Origin: an uncultured Clostridium sp.
GTDB taxonomy: Bacteria > Bacillota > Clostridia > Lachnospirales > Lachnospiraceae
Length of the DNA: 31,437 nucleotides
NCBI GenBank assembly: GCA_900552885.1
Contig: USBM01000001.1
Location: 1 to 31,437 of the forward strand
Direction: 5' to 3'
Shown here: positions 9,170 through 17,101 of the stretch, piece after piece
How the letters are laid out: the number at the start of each line of letters is the position of its first letter
Position numbering within the stretch: the stretch's first letter is position 1
Translations under genes and position numbers: made by a program
The notes under the pieces: model-generated
Told to the model about the DNA's origin: nothing
Seen by the model: only the letters and a program-made list of their open reading frames with translations
Database searches by the model: none

Positions 9170-9416
9170 GACTTTGTGGAATGTATGATGTGTCGGAAGT
9201 GAATCGAGACATCCTGTGTTTGAAAGATATAAACGTGCTCCGGTTATGCTAACCGTTCCAACGAGCCTCAGACATATAAGAAATCTCAGCTTGAGGGCTT
9301 CGATTTCTTATTGAGTCTCATCTCCACAGCATAAAGGTCGCACTTGTTATATCATTTCAAACGCAAGATGTCATATACACTATGGAAAATTCATTGCTAC
9401 ATTCGTTGCCAAAGTC
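9170..9416. repeat. ~247-nt multi-segment imperfect hairpin (H1) in the GH1 leader
   Basis: Nested arms GACTTTG/CAAAGTC, GAATGTA/TACATTC, GACATC/GATGTC, GTTTGAAA/TTTCAAAC, GATATAA/TTATATC, TTATGCT/AGCATAA, ATAAGAAATC/GATTTCTTAT. Confidence 0.8.
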
Positions 9417-9525
9417 TTCGCCACACCCGATGCCATTTCTGTGTTTGTGTAGACGAAAGGGTGTTGGAAATTGCGTATTAGAATCTTGTTTGTTATGAGT
9501 TGATAATACGAAAATAAGAGAGAAT

Positions 9526-9554
9526 ATTATATCACGCATGTTGTTTTTATGTAA
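9526..9554 (-). promoter_or_regulatory. Sigma-A promoter for the GH1 gene
   Basis: Minus strand TTACAT-17 bp-TATAAT with extended TGn. Confidence 0.7.
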
Positions 9555-9569
9555 CATATGTGATACTGT
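9541..9569 (+). promoter_or_regulatory. Possible sigma-A promoter towards araC
   Basis: TTGTTT-17 bp-TACTGT with extended TGn; weak match. Confidence 0.35.
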
Positions 9570-9583
9570 ATATAAAACAATTA

Positions 9584-10077
9584 CTCTTCTACAGCGTAAG
9601 TCGAGTTGGGTGCGAAACATTTAAGTTGGGAAATCGGTTGTAAGGATATAACATATCATCGCAGGCACACTCGCGTTACGACTCGCACGCAGCAGTACTA
9701 GGCTCGAAAATACCTCGCCGAGTGCTGGCGTGCTCCACGTACCTGCTTATGATAAGTGTTATATCCCTACAACCGATATTTACTGTAATGCGTTTCGCAC
9801 TGGTCGACATTGCGTCCGTTAGACATCAATCAACAGAACAACGTTGGTTTGCGCATGCTTGTTAAAACAGATTCCGGCGAAGAAGGTTGTCATGAATGAG
9901 TGCAGGTACGTGGAGTACGCCAGCACTTGGTGAGCGATGAAATCGCGAACCTTAGTACTGCTGCGTGCGAGTCGTAGCGTGAGCGTGCCTGCACCATCAT
10001 GACACCTTCAAAGCACCGGATTCACAACCTTCAAGCATGCGCCCACACCGATGAGTGGGACCTACGCTGTTGAAGAG
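9584..10077. mobile_element. 494-bp non-coding MITE/REPIN-like element: two inverted giant hairpins sharing a core, bounded by terminal inverted repeats
   Basis: CTCTTCTACAGCGTAAGTC (9584-9602) vs reverse complement of 10059-10077, 17/19; core 9661-9746 repeated inverted at 9902-9992; second copy at 31259. Repeat is seen directly; mobility is inferred. Confidence 0.7.
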
Positions 10078-10094
10078 GAGAAGGAGGTGCAGCA

Positions 10095-10859
10095 ATGGGA
10101 ATTGATAAGGAGCTACAGCTGTCTTTGTTTCATCAGAGGGAAGAACAACGACGCCACATGGAATATCAGAAGGAATTTGGATTCTACAAGATGGTGGTAT
10201 CGGGAAATATACAGGAGATTAAGAAATTATATACACCGGAAAGAGTGGAAATGGCATCAAAGGATGCAGAAAATGGTGTGCTATCGAAAGATCCATTACG
10301 AAATGAGCGGTATCATTTTGTGATATTAGCTGCCCTGCTTACGAGACTTTGTGTGGAAAATGGACTAGACCGGGAGAAAGCGTATACCTTAAGTGATCTC
10401 TATATTAATAAGATGGATGTCTGTATGGATATTCCTTCGATTCTTAATCTGCATAGAGAGATGGTAATGGAATATACAAAGCAGATGGCAAATCTGCATA
10501 AGGAAAATATCTATTCCATTCAGGTGAGAAAAGCAATGGATTACATCTATACACATCTAAATGAGAGAGTTACTGTGGAAGAACTGGCCGAGACATTGAA
10601 ACTTAACCGCAGTTATTTTTCAAGCCTGTTTCACAAAGAAACGGGAAAAACGGTTACAGCATTTATCCGGGAAGCAAAGATTGTTGCGGCCTCGAATCTG
10701 CTTACCTTTTCGGAATATGACTATTCGGATATTGCGGAGTATCTGGGTTTTGCATCACAGAGCCATTTCATCAAATGCTTCCGGGAACAGACAGGGTATA
10801 CGCCAAAGCAGTATCGTACCCAGTTCTATCAGCCTAAGGATCTGCGGCTTCCGACATGA
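10095..10859 (+). CDS. AraC family transcriptional regulator
   Basis: AAGGAGG RBS; C-terminal double HTH (VEELAETLKLNRSYFSSLFHKETG; IAEYLGFASQSHFIKCFREQTGYTPKQYR). Confidence 0.95.
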   Translation: MGIDKELQLSLFHQREEQRRHMEYQKEFGFYKMVVSGNIQEIKKLYTPERVEMASKDAENGVLSKDPLRNERYHFVILAALLTRLCVENGLDREKAYTLSDLYINKMDVCMDIPSILNLHREMVMEYTKQMANLHKENIYSIQVRKAMDYIYTHLNERVTVEELAETLKLNRSYFSSLFHKETGKTVTAFIREAKIVAASNLLTFSEYDYSDIAEYLGFASQSHFIKCFREQTGYTPKQYRTQFYQPKDLRLPT

Positions 10860-10994
10860 TTTTACCGCATATTTTCTTATACGGAACGAATGGATATATT
10901 AATAAAAAAATACTCTGCTATGGTTGTTGTCATCCATACTTAGCGTCATAATCGTAACAAAGTTGTATCATTTCTGCGAACTTTCTGACGATTT

Positions 10995-11046
10995 TCTTAA
11001 GAATGGTCTTAAGGTCTAGATTCTGGAAATATGTTTATGGTATACT
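10995..11046 (+). promoter_or_regulatory. Extended -10 promoter with upstream TCTTAAG direct repeats
   Basis: TCTTAAG at 10995 and 11007; TGGTATACT at 11038-11046; poor -35. Confidence 0.5.
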
Positions 11047-11086
11047 CCATGTAGTCAAACGAGGTTCAAAGACAGGAGGACTAGAT

Positions 11087-13591
11087 ATGAGAAAGATGAA
11101 ATGGAAAAGAGCAGCCGCCCTTCTTATGGCATCGGTTATGATGGTGTCTATGGTGGCTTGTGGTAAGAAGGATAAGGATTCTTCTTCCGGTAGTAAGCAG
11201 AAGAAAGAGAACAAAAAAGAGATGACTTATGAGGAGAGCGATCTTTCTGTGGAGGGTATTGAAGGAGATATCGTTTCCTATGTGGTAGAGGGTGACCGGA
11301 TTTATTTCTATACAACGAAATGGGTAGAAGGAGATGGATCTGAAGATACAACGAATGAAGAATTGAACGCAGAGGATACTTCCGCAGAAGGTGTATCGGA
11401 TGAAGATGCAACAGAGGCAGATACAAGTGAGGAAGCAGATACCGAAGAGTCTTCAGAAGATAGTGAAGATACGACGGAAGCTGATTCTACAGAGGAAGAC
11501 AGCGAGGATGTGACAGAGGATACTTCTACAGAAGAAGATAGTGAGGATGCAACGGAAGAAGATAACACCGAAGATGGTTCTGCAGAAGAGGAATATACAG
11601 GAAGATCTTATTACTATGTATATTCTATGAAGATAGATGGTACAGATCTGCAGGATTTAGGTCAGCCAGAGGTGGATGAGAATACGTATATTGGCTACAT
11701 GTTGGTGAAGAGTGATGGCAATATAGAATTTCTGTTAGGTGCGTATGATGACAACTCAGGAAAGCAGTCCTATATCATAGCAAGCTTTGATGAGAGTGGC
11801 AAGGAAACCGATAGCAAGGATATTACCAAAGACTTAGGTTTAGATGCAAATGAAGACAACTATTTAAACAAAGCGTTGATTGATAATGAAGATCGTTATG
11901 TATTTGTAACGAATAGTGCCATTACCGTATTTGACAAAGATTTCAAGAAAGTATGTGAAATGAAGCCGGATAGCGGCTATGTAGATGCTGTGGCAAAGAC
12001 GAAAGATGGCAAGATCGTTGTTGGTGATTCTTCTGGAGAAGATGGTGCAAAAGTACAGGTGTTAGATGTAGATACACAGAAGTGGGGAGAATCCTATAAG
12101 ATGGACTTCCAGTACTTCAGCAGCAGTGACGCCCTGATGAATGGTATCGAGTATGATTTCTACTACAAAGATGATTCTGGAATCTATGGTTATGATATTG
12201 CTTCCAAGAAGGGTACAAAGTTAATGGACTTTGTTGCTTCTAATGTAAGTTCCGATAATAGTTACAGCATTTTCCCAATCGCGAAAGATACGATGATGGG
12301 AACTACATGGGATGGTGAGAATAGTAAGCTCGTTCTTTATAAGAAGGTTGATCCAAGCACCATTACAGACAAAGAAACCATTACGGTTGGTGCAATGTAT
12401 GTAGATGATAACATTAAGAGAGCGGCAATCGCTTTTAATAAGAAGAGTAACAAGTATCAGGTTGAATTTAAGGATTACTCCAATGAAGAAGATCCGCAGA
12501 CGAAGATGAACGCAGACATTATTGCAGGTAATGTACCGGATATCATTTGCTTATCCAGCTTGTCTGTTGATCAGTATGCAGAGAAGGGAATCTTAGAAGA
12601 TCTGACACCGTACTTTGAGAAGGATTCCGACGTCAGCACAGATGATCTGATTCCATCCGTTGCCAAGGCAATGCAGATTGATGGTAAGTATTATTATATT
12701 GCACCGGGCTTCTATGTGAATACGTTAGTTGGTGCGGCTAAGACTGTGGGAACAGAACCTGGATGGACAATGGATGATCTTAAGAAGATATTAGATGAGA
12801 ACAAGGATGTAAGACCATTTTATTCAGAGAATAAGAATGATAATCTATATAACTTTATTACCATGAATATCAGTGATTATGTAGATTGGTCAACGGGTGA
12901 ATGTTCTTTTGATGGTCAGGATTTCAAAGATATCTTAGAGATCTGTAACCGTGGAAGTAATGAAGAGACGGAATATTCAGAAGATTCTCCTAGCGAGCCA
13001 TCTTTAGTAAAAGAGGGCAAGGTATTACTTACCAATGGTGGTTCTTTGGATATGGAAAGTGTAGAGTTATACGAGGCAATGTTTAATGGGGATATCACAT
13101 TTATCGGATATCCAAATAAGGATAAGGATGGTTCTTATTTCTCTTTTGATAATCAGTTAGGAATCTATTCTAAGTCAAAGGTAAAAGATGCAGCATGGGA
13201 GTTCCTTAAGACATTTTTAACGAAGGAATATCAGGGTGACCGGAATAACTTATACAGCAATCCGACCCGTCAGGATGCATTTGATATGTTAGTAAAGAGT
13301 AAGACAGCAACCGAGAAGTATACCGATGAGTTAGGTAATGAAGTAGAACCGTTAGAGTCTGGATGGGGTTGGGATGATCTTAATGTGGATATCGGACCAC
13401 TTACTGACAAGCAGGCACAGATGTATATTGATCTTGTTAATAATACCGATAAGACGGGTGAATACAATGACGAGATTGGAAATATTATTACGGAGGAAGC
13501 GAAGGCTTACTTCTCCGGACAGAAGAGCTTAGACGAGACAGCGGATGTTATCCAGAATCGTGTTAAGACTTATGTTAATGAGAACCGATAG
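11087..13591 (+). CDS. Large extracellular solute-binding lipoprotein (family 1 SBP C-terminal domain, extra N-terminal domain, acidic insert)
   Basis: AGGAGG RBS gives ATG 11087; lipobox MVAC; C-terminal PDII, LEDLTPY, WTMDDL, AAWEFLK, IITEEAKAYFSGQKS..IQNRV. Confidence 0.88.
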   Translation: MRKMKWKRAAALLMASVMMVSMVACGKKDKDSSSGSKQKKENKKEMTYEESDLSVEGIEGDIVSYVVEGDRIYFYTTKWVEGDGSEDTTNEELNAEDTSAEGVSDEDATEADTSEEADTEESSEDSEDTTEADSTEEDSEDVTEDTSTEEDSEDATEEDNTEDGSAEEEYTGRSYYYVYSMKIDGTDLQDLGQPEVDENTYIGYMLVKSDGNIEFLLGAYDDNSGKQSYIIASFDESGKETDSKDITKDLGLDANEDNYLNKALIDNEDRYVFVTNSAITVFDKDFKKVCEMKPDSGYVDAVAKTKDGKIVVGDSSGEDGAKVQVLDVDTQKWGESYKMDFQYFSSSDALMNGIEYDFYYKDDSGIYGYDIASKKGTKLMDFVASNVSSDNSYSIFPIAKDTMMGTTWDGENSKLVLYKKVDPSTITDKETITVGAMYVDDNIKRAAIAFNKKSNKYQVEFKDYSNEEDPQTKMNADIIAGNVPDIICLSSLSVDQYAEKGILEDLTPYFEKDSDVSTDDLIPSVAKAMQIDGKYYYIAPGFYVNTLVGAAKTVGTEPGWTMDDLKKILDENKDVRPFYSENKNDNLYNFITMNISDYVDWSTGECSFDGQDFKDILEICNRGSNEETEYSEDSPSEPSLVKEGKVLLTNGGSLDMESVELYEAMFNGDITFIGYPNKDKDGSYFSFDNQLGIYSKSKVKDAAWEFLKTFLTKEYQGDRNNLYSNPTRQDAFDMLVKSKTATEKYTDELGNEVEPLESGWGWDDLNVDIGPLTDKQAQMYIDLVNNTDKTGEYNDEIGNIITEEAKAYFSGQKSLDETADVIQNRVKTYVNENR

Positions 13592-13622
13592 GATTCACGA
13601 AAAACTTAAACATATAGGAGAT

Positions 13623-13647
13623 GCAGTTCCTTTTTGTAGGGAACTGC
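13623..13647 (+). terminator. Intercistronic stem-loop after the SBP gene (partial terminator or mRNA stabiliser)
   Basis: GCAGTTCC/GGAACTGC arms, no clear U-tract. Confidence 0.5.
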
Positions 13648-13686
13648 TGTCTCTGTGTATAGAATGAACAAGTGGGAGGCACGAAC

Positions 13687-14601
13687 ATGCCGGGAAAGAA
13701 ACATGTGACAGAAGATGGAATTGAATATAAGAAGCATCGAATGAGTAAGAAGGACAAAAAGAATTCCGTGTTGTATCTATCGCCGAGTTTGATCGGTGTA
13801 TTGGTATTCTTTGTTCTTCCTTTTTTCGTGGTCATTTATTATGCATTAGTAGATAACCCGATCAGTCATCAGTTTGTAGGAATTGATAATTTTGTCAATA
13901 TATTGCAGAATTCGTCGTTTCAACAGGCGGCGAAGAATACGGCAACTTTTTCTCTGGTCGCAGTACCATTAGCGGTTGTTCTTTCGTTGGGACTTGCGAT
14001 GTTGTTAGAGGGTAATATCCCAATGAAGAGTCAGTTCCGAACCTTCTTCTTAAGTCCGATGATGGTTCCGGTCGCTTCCATTGTGCTGATCTGGCAGGTG
14101 TTGTTTGATTACAATGGGGTGATCAATCAGTTTGTTACGAATCTGAATATGCAGCCAATTGACTGGTTCAAATCTTCGTATAGCCAGATTGTTATTGTAA
14201 TCCTGTTCTTATGGAAGAATCTTGGATATAATATGATACTGTTTATGGCAGCATTAAGTGCGATTCCTCAGGATGTGTTAGAGGTTGCAACCTTGGAGAG
14301 TGCAACAGAATTTCAGAAGTTCTGGTATATCAAGCTCCGGTATCTGTCTTCTACGATCCTGTTTGTAGCAATCTTATCGTTGATCAATTCCTTTAAGGTA
14401 TTCCGTGAGGTATATCTGCTGACAGGAGATTATCCTTACGATTCCCTATATATGTTACAGCATTTTATGAATAATACATTCCGGTCATTAGATTACCAGA
14501 AGTTATCGGCAGCGGCTATTATCATGTGTCTTGTGATGTGCGTGGTGATCGGCATTTTGTTCTTTGCAGAAGATCGATATGGAAAGGATGTGGAAGGCTG
14601 A
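13687..14601 (+). CDS. Carbohydrate (CUT1)-type ABC permease, MalF/UgpA-like
   Basis: GGGAGG RBS; FVGIDNF, WKNLGYNMILFMAAL, EAA-loop variant EVATLESA, SFKVFREVYLLT. Confidence 0.92.
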   Translation: MPGKKHVTEDGIEYKKHRMSKKDKKNSVLYLSPSLIGVLVFFVLPFFVVIYYALVDNPISHQFVGIDNFVNILQNSSFQQAAKNTATFSLVAVPLAVVLSLGLAMLLEGNIPMKSQFRTFFLSPMMVPVASIVLIWQVLFDYNGVINQFVTNLNMQPIDWFKSSYSQIVIVILFLWKNLGYNMILFMAALSAIPQDVLEVATLESATEFQKFWYIKLRYLSSTILFVAILSLINSFKVFREVYLLTGDYPYDSLYMLQHFMNNTFRSLDYQKLSAAAIIMCLVMCVVIGILFFAEDRYGKDVEG

Positions 14602-15509
14602 TGAAACGGAAAAAAGTAAGAATAACGATCAAGAAAGTGATCCTTACATTGGTTGCTTTGATCTTTGCTATATCATTTTTGTTGCCAACAATATTGACGA
14701 TTGCAAATTCGTTCATGTCCTCGACAGAGATCAATACGAATTATGGTGTGATATTCAACCAGTATAAGGAGACTTCTTACGGGGAACGGAATACGGATTA
14801 TGTAGCAGAGAAGGTCAACTTGAAGTTCATTCCGGATATGGTGGAGTTATCCCAGTATTCTACTGTGCTTTTGAAAAGCCCGGAATATCTGTTGAAGTTC
14901 TGGAATTCTGTGATTCTGGTTGTTCCAATCGTGGTGTTTCAGATATTCATTGCACTTGGAGCGGCGTACAGTTTCATGCGGTTCCGGGGGCGAATACGGG
15001 AGATTATCTTCTTCGTATATGTAGCATTGATGTTAATGCCATATCAGGTAACTTTGGTTCCAAACTATTTAGTTGCCGATTGGTTTCATATATTAGATAC
15101 AAGGTGGTCGATCATTTTACCAGGAGTCTTTGCTCCATTCAGTGTGTATCTGCTCACTAAGTATATGCGACGTATACCGAATTCATTGATTGAGGCTGCA
15201 AAGTTAGATTGGGCAAATGAATGGCAGATATTTACCAAGGTGTGTATCCCGTTATGCAAGGGACCGATCGCATCCGTTGCAATTCTGGTATTTATTGATT
15301 ATTGGAACATGGTAGAACAACCCCTTATTATGTTATCCGATGCCGACAAACATCCATTATCCGTGTTCTTATCACAGATCAATTCCGGAGAAGTGGGACT
15401 GGCATTTGCGGTAGCTACCATATATATGGTGCCACCAATATTAATTTTCCTTTATGGCGAGGAGTACTTAGTAGATGGAATTTCGTATTCCGGCGGTGTG
15501 AAAGGATAG
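14601..15509 (+). CDS. Carbohydrate (CUT1)-type ABC permease, MalG/UgpE-like
   Basis: TGATG stop/start overlap; FWNS, LMPYQVTLVPNY, EAAKLDWA, FIDYWN. Confidence 0.92.
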   Translation: MKRKKVRITIKKVILTLVALIFAISFLLPTILTIANSFMSSTEINTNYGVIFNQYKETSYGERNTDYVAEKVNLKFIPDMVELSQYSTVLLKSPEYLLKFWNSVILVVPIVVFQIFIALGAAYSFMRFRGRIREIIFFVYVALMLMPYQVTLVPNYLVADWFHILDTRWSIILPGVFAPFSVYLLTKYMRRIPNSLIEAAKLDWANEWQIFTKVCIPLCKGPIASVAILVFIDYWNMVEQPLIMLSDADKHPLSVFLSQINSGEVGLAFAVATIYMVPPILIFLYGEEYLVDGISYSGGVKG

Positions 15510-15519
15510 GAGGAAGAAG

Positions 15520-17100
15520 ATGGAAAAAGAGAAGAACCGTAAACATATCATTAAGAAGGCAGCCGTTATATTTTTAGTGGCCATGCTGCTGTTGACATTT
15601 TTTTCAAATACAATTATGAATTATTCATTACCGGAGTTTGCAACAGAACCGGTTACAACGGGAACGGTGTCGAATAAGGTAAGAGGTCAGGGAAACGTGG
15701 AGACCAATTCGGATTGTGAGGTAACCGTAAGTGGTACCAGAGTGATCAAGGAAGTAAAGGTAGAAGCCGGGGATGAGGTCAAGAAAGGAGATGTGCTGTT
15801 CACGTTTGAAGAAGGTGAGAATTCCGAATTGGATGAGGCACAGAATACATTAGATGATCTGGAATTAAGCTATGCGAAGTCTTTGCTTAAAAGTGCACCG
15901 GATTATACAGAAGAAAACATTAGTATCAAAGATGCTAAGGAGGATCTGAAAGATGCAGTGAAAGCACAGGAGAAAGCACAGAAGAATGATAAGGCACTGA
16001 AGACGGCAAAGAGCGAAGCGGCTCAGGCGAAGAATGATGTGACGGCAGCACAGGCGAATGTGGATAGTCTGCAGAGCAGAGTGGATACGTATGAGACAGA
16101 GAATACTACGTTGGAAGAGTTACAGGGCAAATTGGATAAAGCTACGGACGCGAGTAAGATCAACTCTCTGCAAAGCCAGATCTCACAATTACAGGCACTG
16201 GTGGATTCACATGATGCGGATTATCAGCAGGCAAAGAGAGATCTGGATGCAGCAAAGAAGAATGTAGACAAATTAACAGCGGTCCAGACAGATAAAGATG
16301 CAAAGGTGACGGAGCTGAGTGCAAACCCAACATTAGAAGATGCCAAGACGGCAGTTAAGGAGAAGCGGAAAGCGTTGGATGCTCTGGTGCGCGGTCTTAA
16401 GACAAAGAAGAAAGAAGATGCTTTAACGGCAGAGTCAGATGCGTTAGATAACGAGGCGGCACAGAAGAATATCGAGGAACAGAAAGAAAAAGTCGATAAG
16501 CTCAAAGCCAGTGACGATATGACGGAGGTAAAGGCAACGGAAGATGGTATCGTATCGGAAGTCAATTGTAAGGAAGGAGACAATGTGACAGCGGATGCGC
16601 CGCTTGCCAAGATTCAGTTATCAAGTAGTGGTTATATTGTGAAAGTAACAGTAACGAAGGCACAGGCAAAACTGATCCGTACCGGTGATGAGGCGACGGT
16701 TGAGAATATCTGGGATGACAGTGTAAGTGCAACAGTGAAGAGTATCCGTGCAGACACGGAGAATCCGAACCAGAGCATGATCGTAACCTTTGAGGTGAAA
16801 GGGGATGTGAATGTCGGGCAGACTCTGGCATTTTCTGTCGGAGAGCGGAGCAGCCAGTACGATGCGGTTGTTCCGAATAATGCAGTCCGGGAGGATAGCA
16901 AGGGCAAATTCGTGCTGATCCTTAAGGTAAAGGGAACTCCTCTTGGCAATCGTTACACAGTGAAGCGTGCGGATGTAGAGGTGCAGGCATCGGATGATAC
17001 TTCTTCCGGAGTGTCCGGCGGTGTCTACGAAAATGATAACGTAATCACCAATTCTTCTAAACCGTTAGAAGAAGGTATGCAGGTAAGATTAGTGGAGTAG
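15520..17100 (+). CDS. Membrane fusion protein / RND-type periplasmic adaptor (HlyD/MacA-like) with long coiled coil
   Basis: N-terminal TM; lipoyl halves VKVEAGDEVKKGDVLF and VKATEDGIVSEVNCKEGDNV flanking a long coiled coil; VPNNAV; LEEGMQV end. Confidence 0.9.
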   Translation: MEKEKNRKHIIKKAAVIFLVAMLLLTFFSNTIMNYSLPEFATEPVTTGTVSNKVRGQGNVETNSDCEVTVSGTRVIKEVKVEAGDEVKKGDVLFTFEEGENSELDEAQNTLDDLELSYAKSLLKSAPDYTEENISIKDAKEDLKDAVKAQEKAQKNDKALKTAKSEAAQAKNDVTAAQANVDSLQSRVDTYETENTTLEELQGKLDKATDASKINSLQSQISQLQALVDSHDADYQQAKRDLDAAKKNVDKLTAVQTDKDAKVTELSANPTLEDAKTAVKEKRKALDALVRGLKTKKKEDALTAESDALDNEAAQKNIEEQKEKVDKLKASDDMTEVKATEDGIVSEVNCKEGDNVTADAPLAKIQLSSSGYIVKVTVTKAQAKLIRTGDEATVENIWDDSVSATVKSIRADTENPNQSMIVTFEVKGDVNVGQTLAFSVGERSSQYDAVVPNNAVREDSKGKFVLILKVKGTPLGNRYTVKRADVEVQASDDTSSGVSGGVYENDNVITNSSKPLEEGMQVRLVE

Positions 17101-17101
17101 T

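Noticed and set aside
9357..9620. 87-aa minus-strand ORF in the intergenic region
   Set aside because: No RBS or recognisable motif; it crosses the promoter block and hairpin boundaries
9584..10077. CRISPR array, tRNA or self-cleaving ribozyme
   Set aside because: Repeats are inverted, not direct repeats with spacers; no T-loop/anticodon cloverleaf; I could not place a hammerhead or other known ribozyme core by eye
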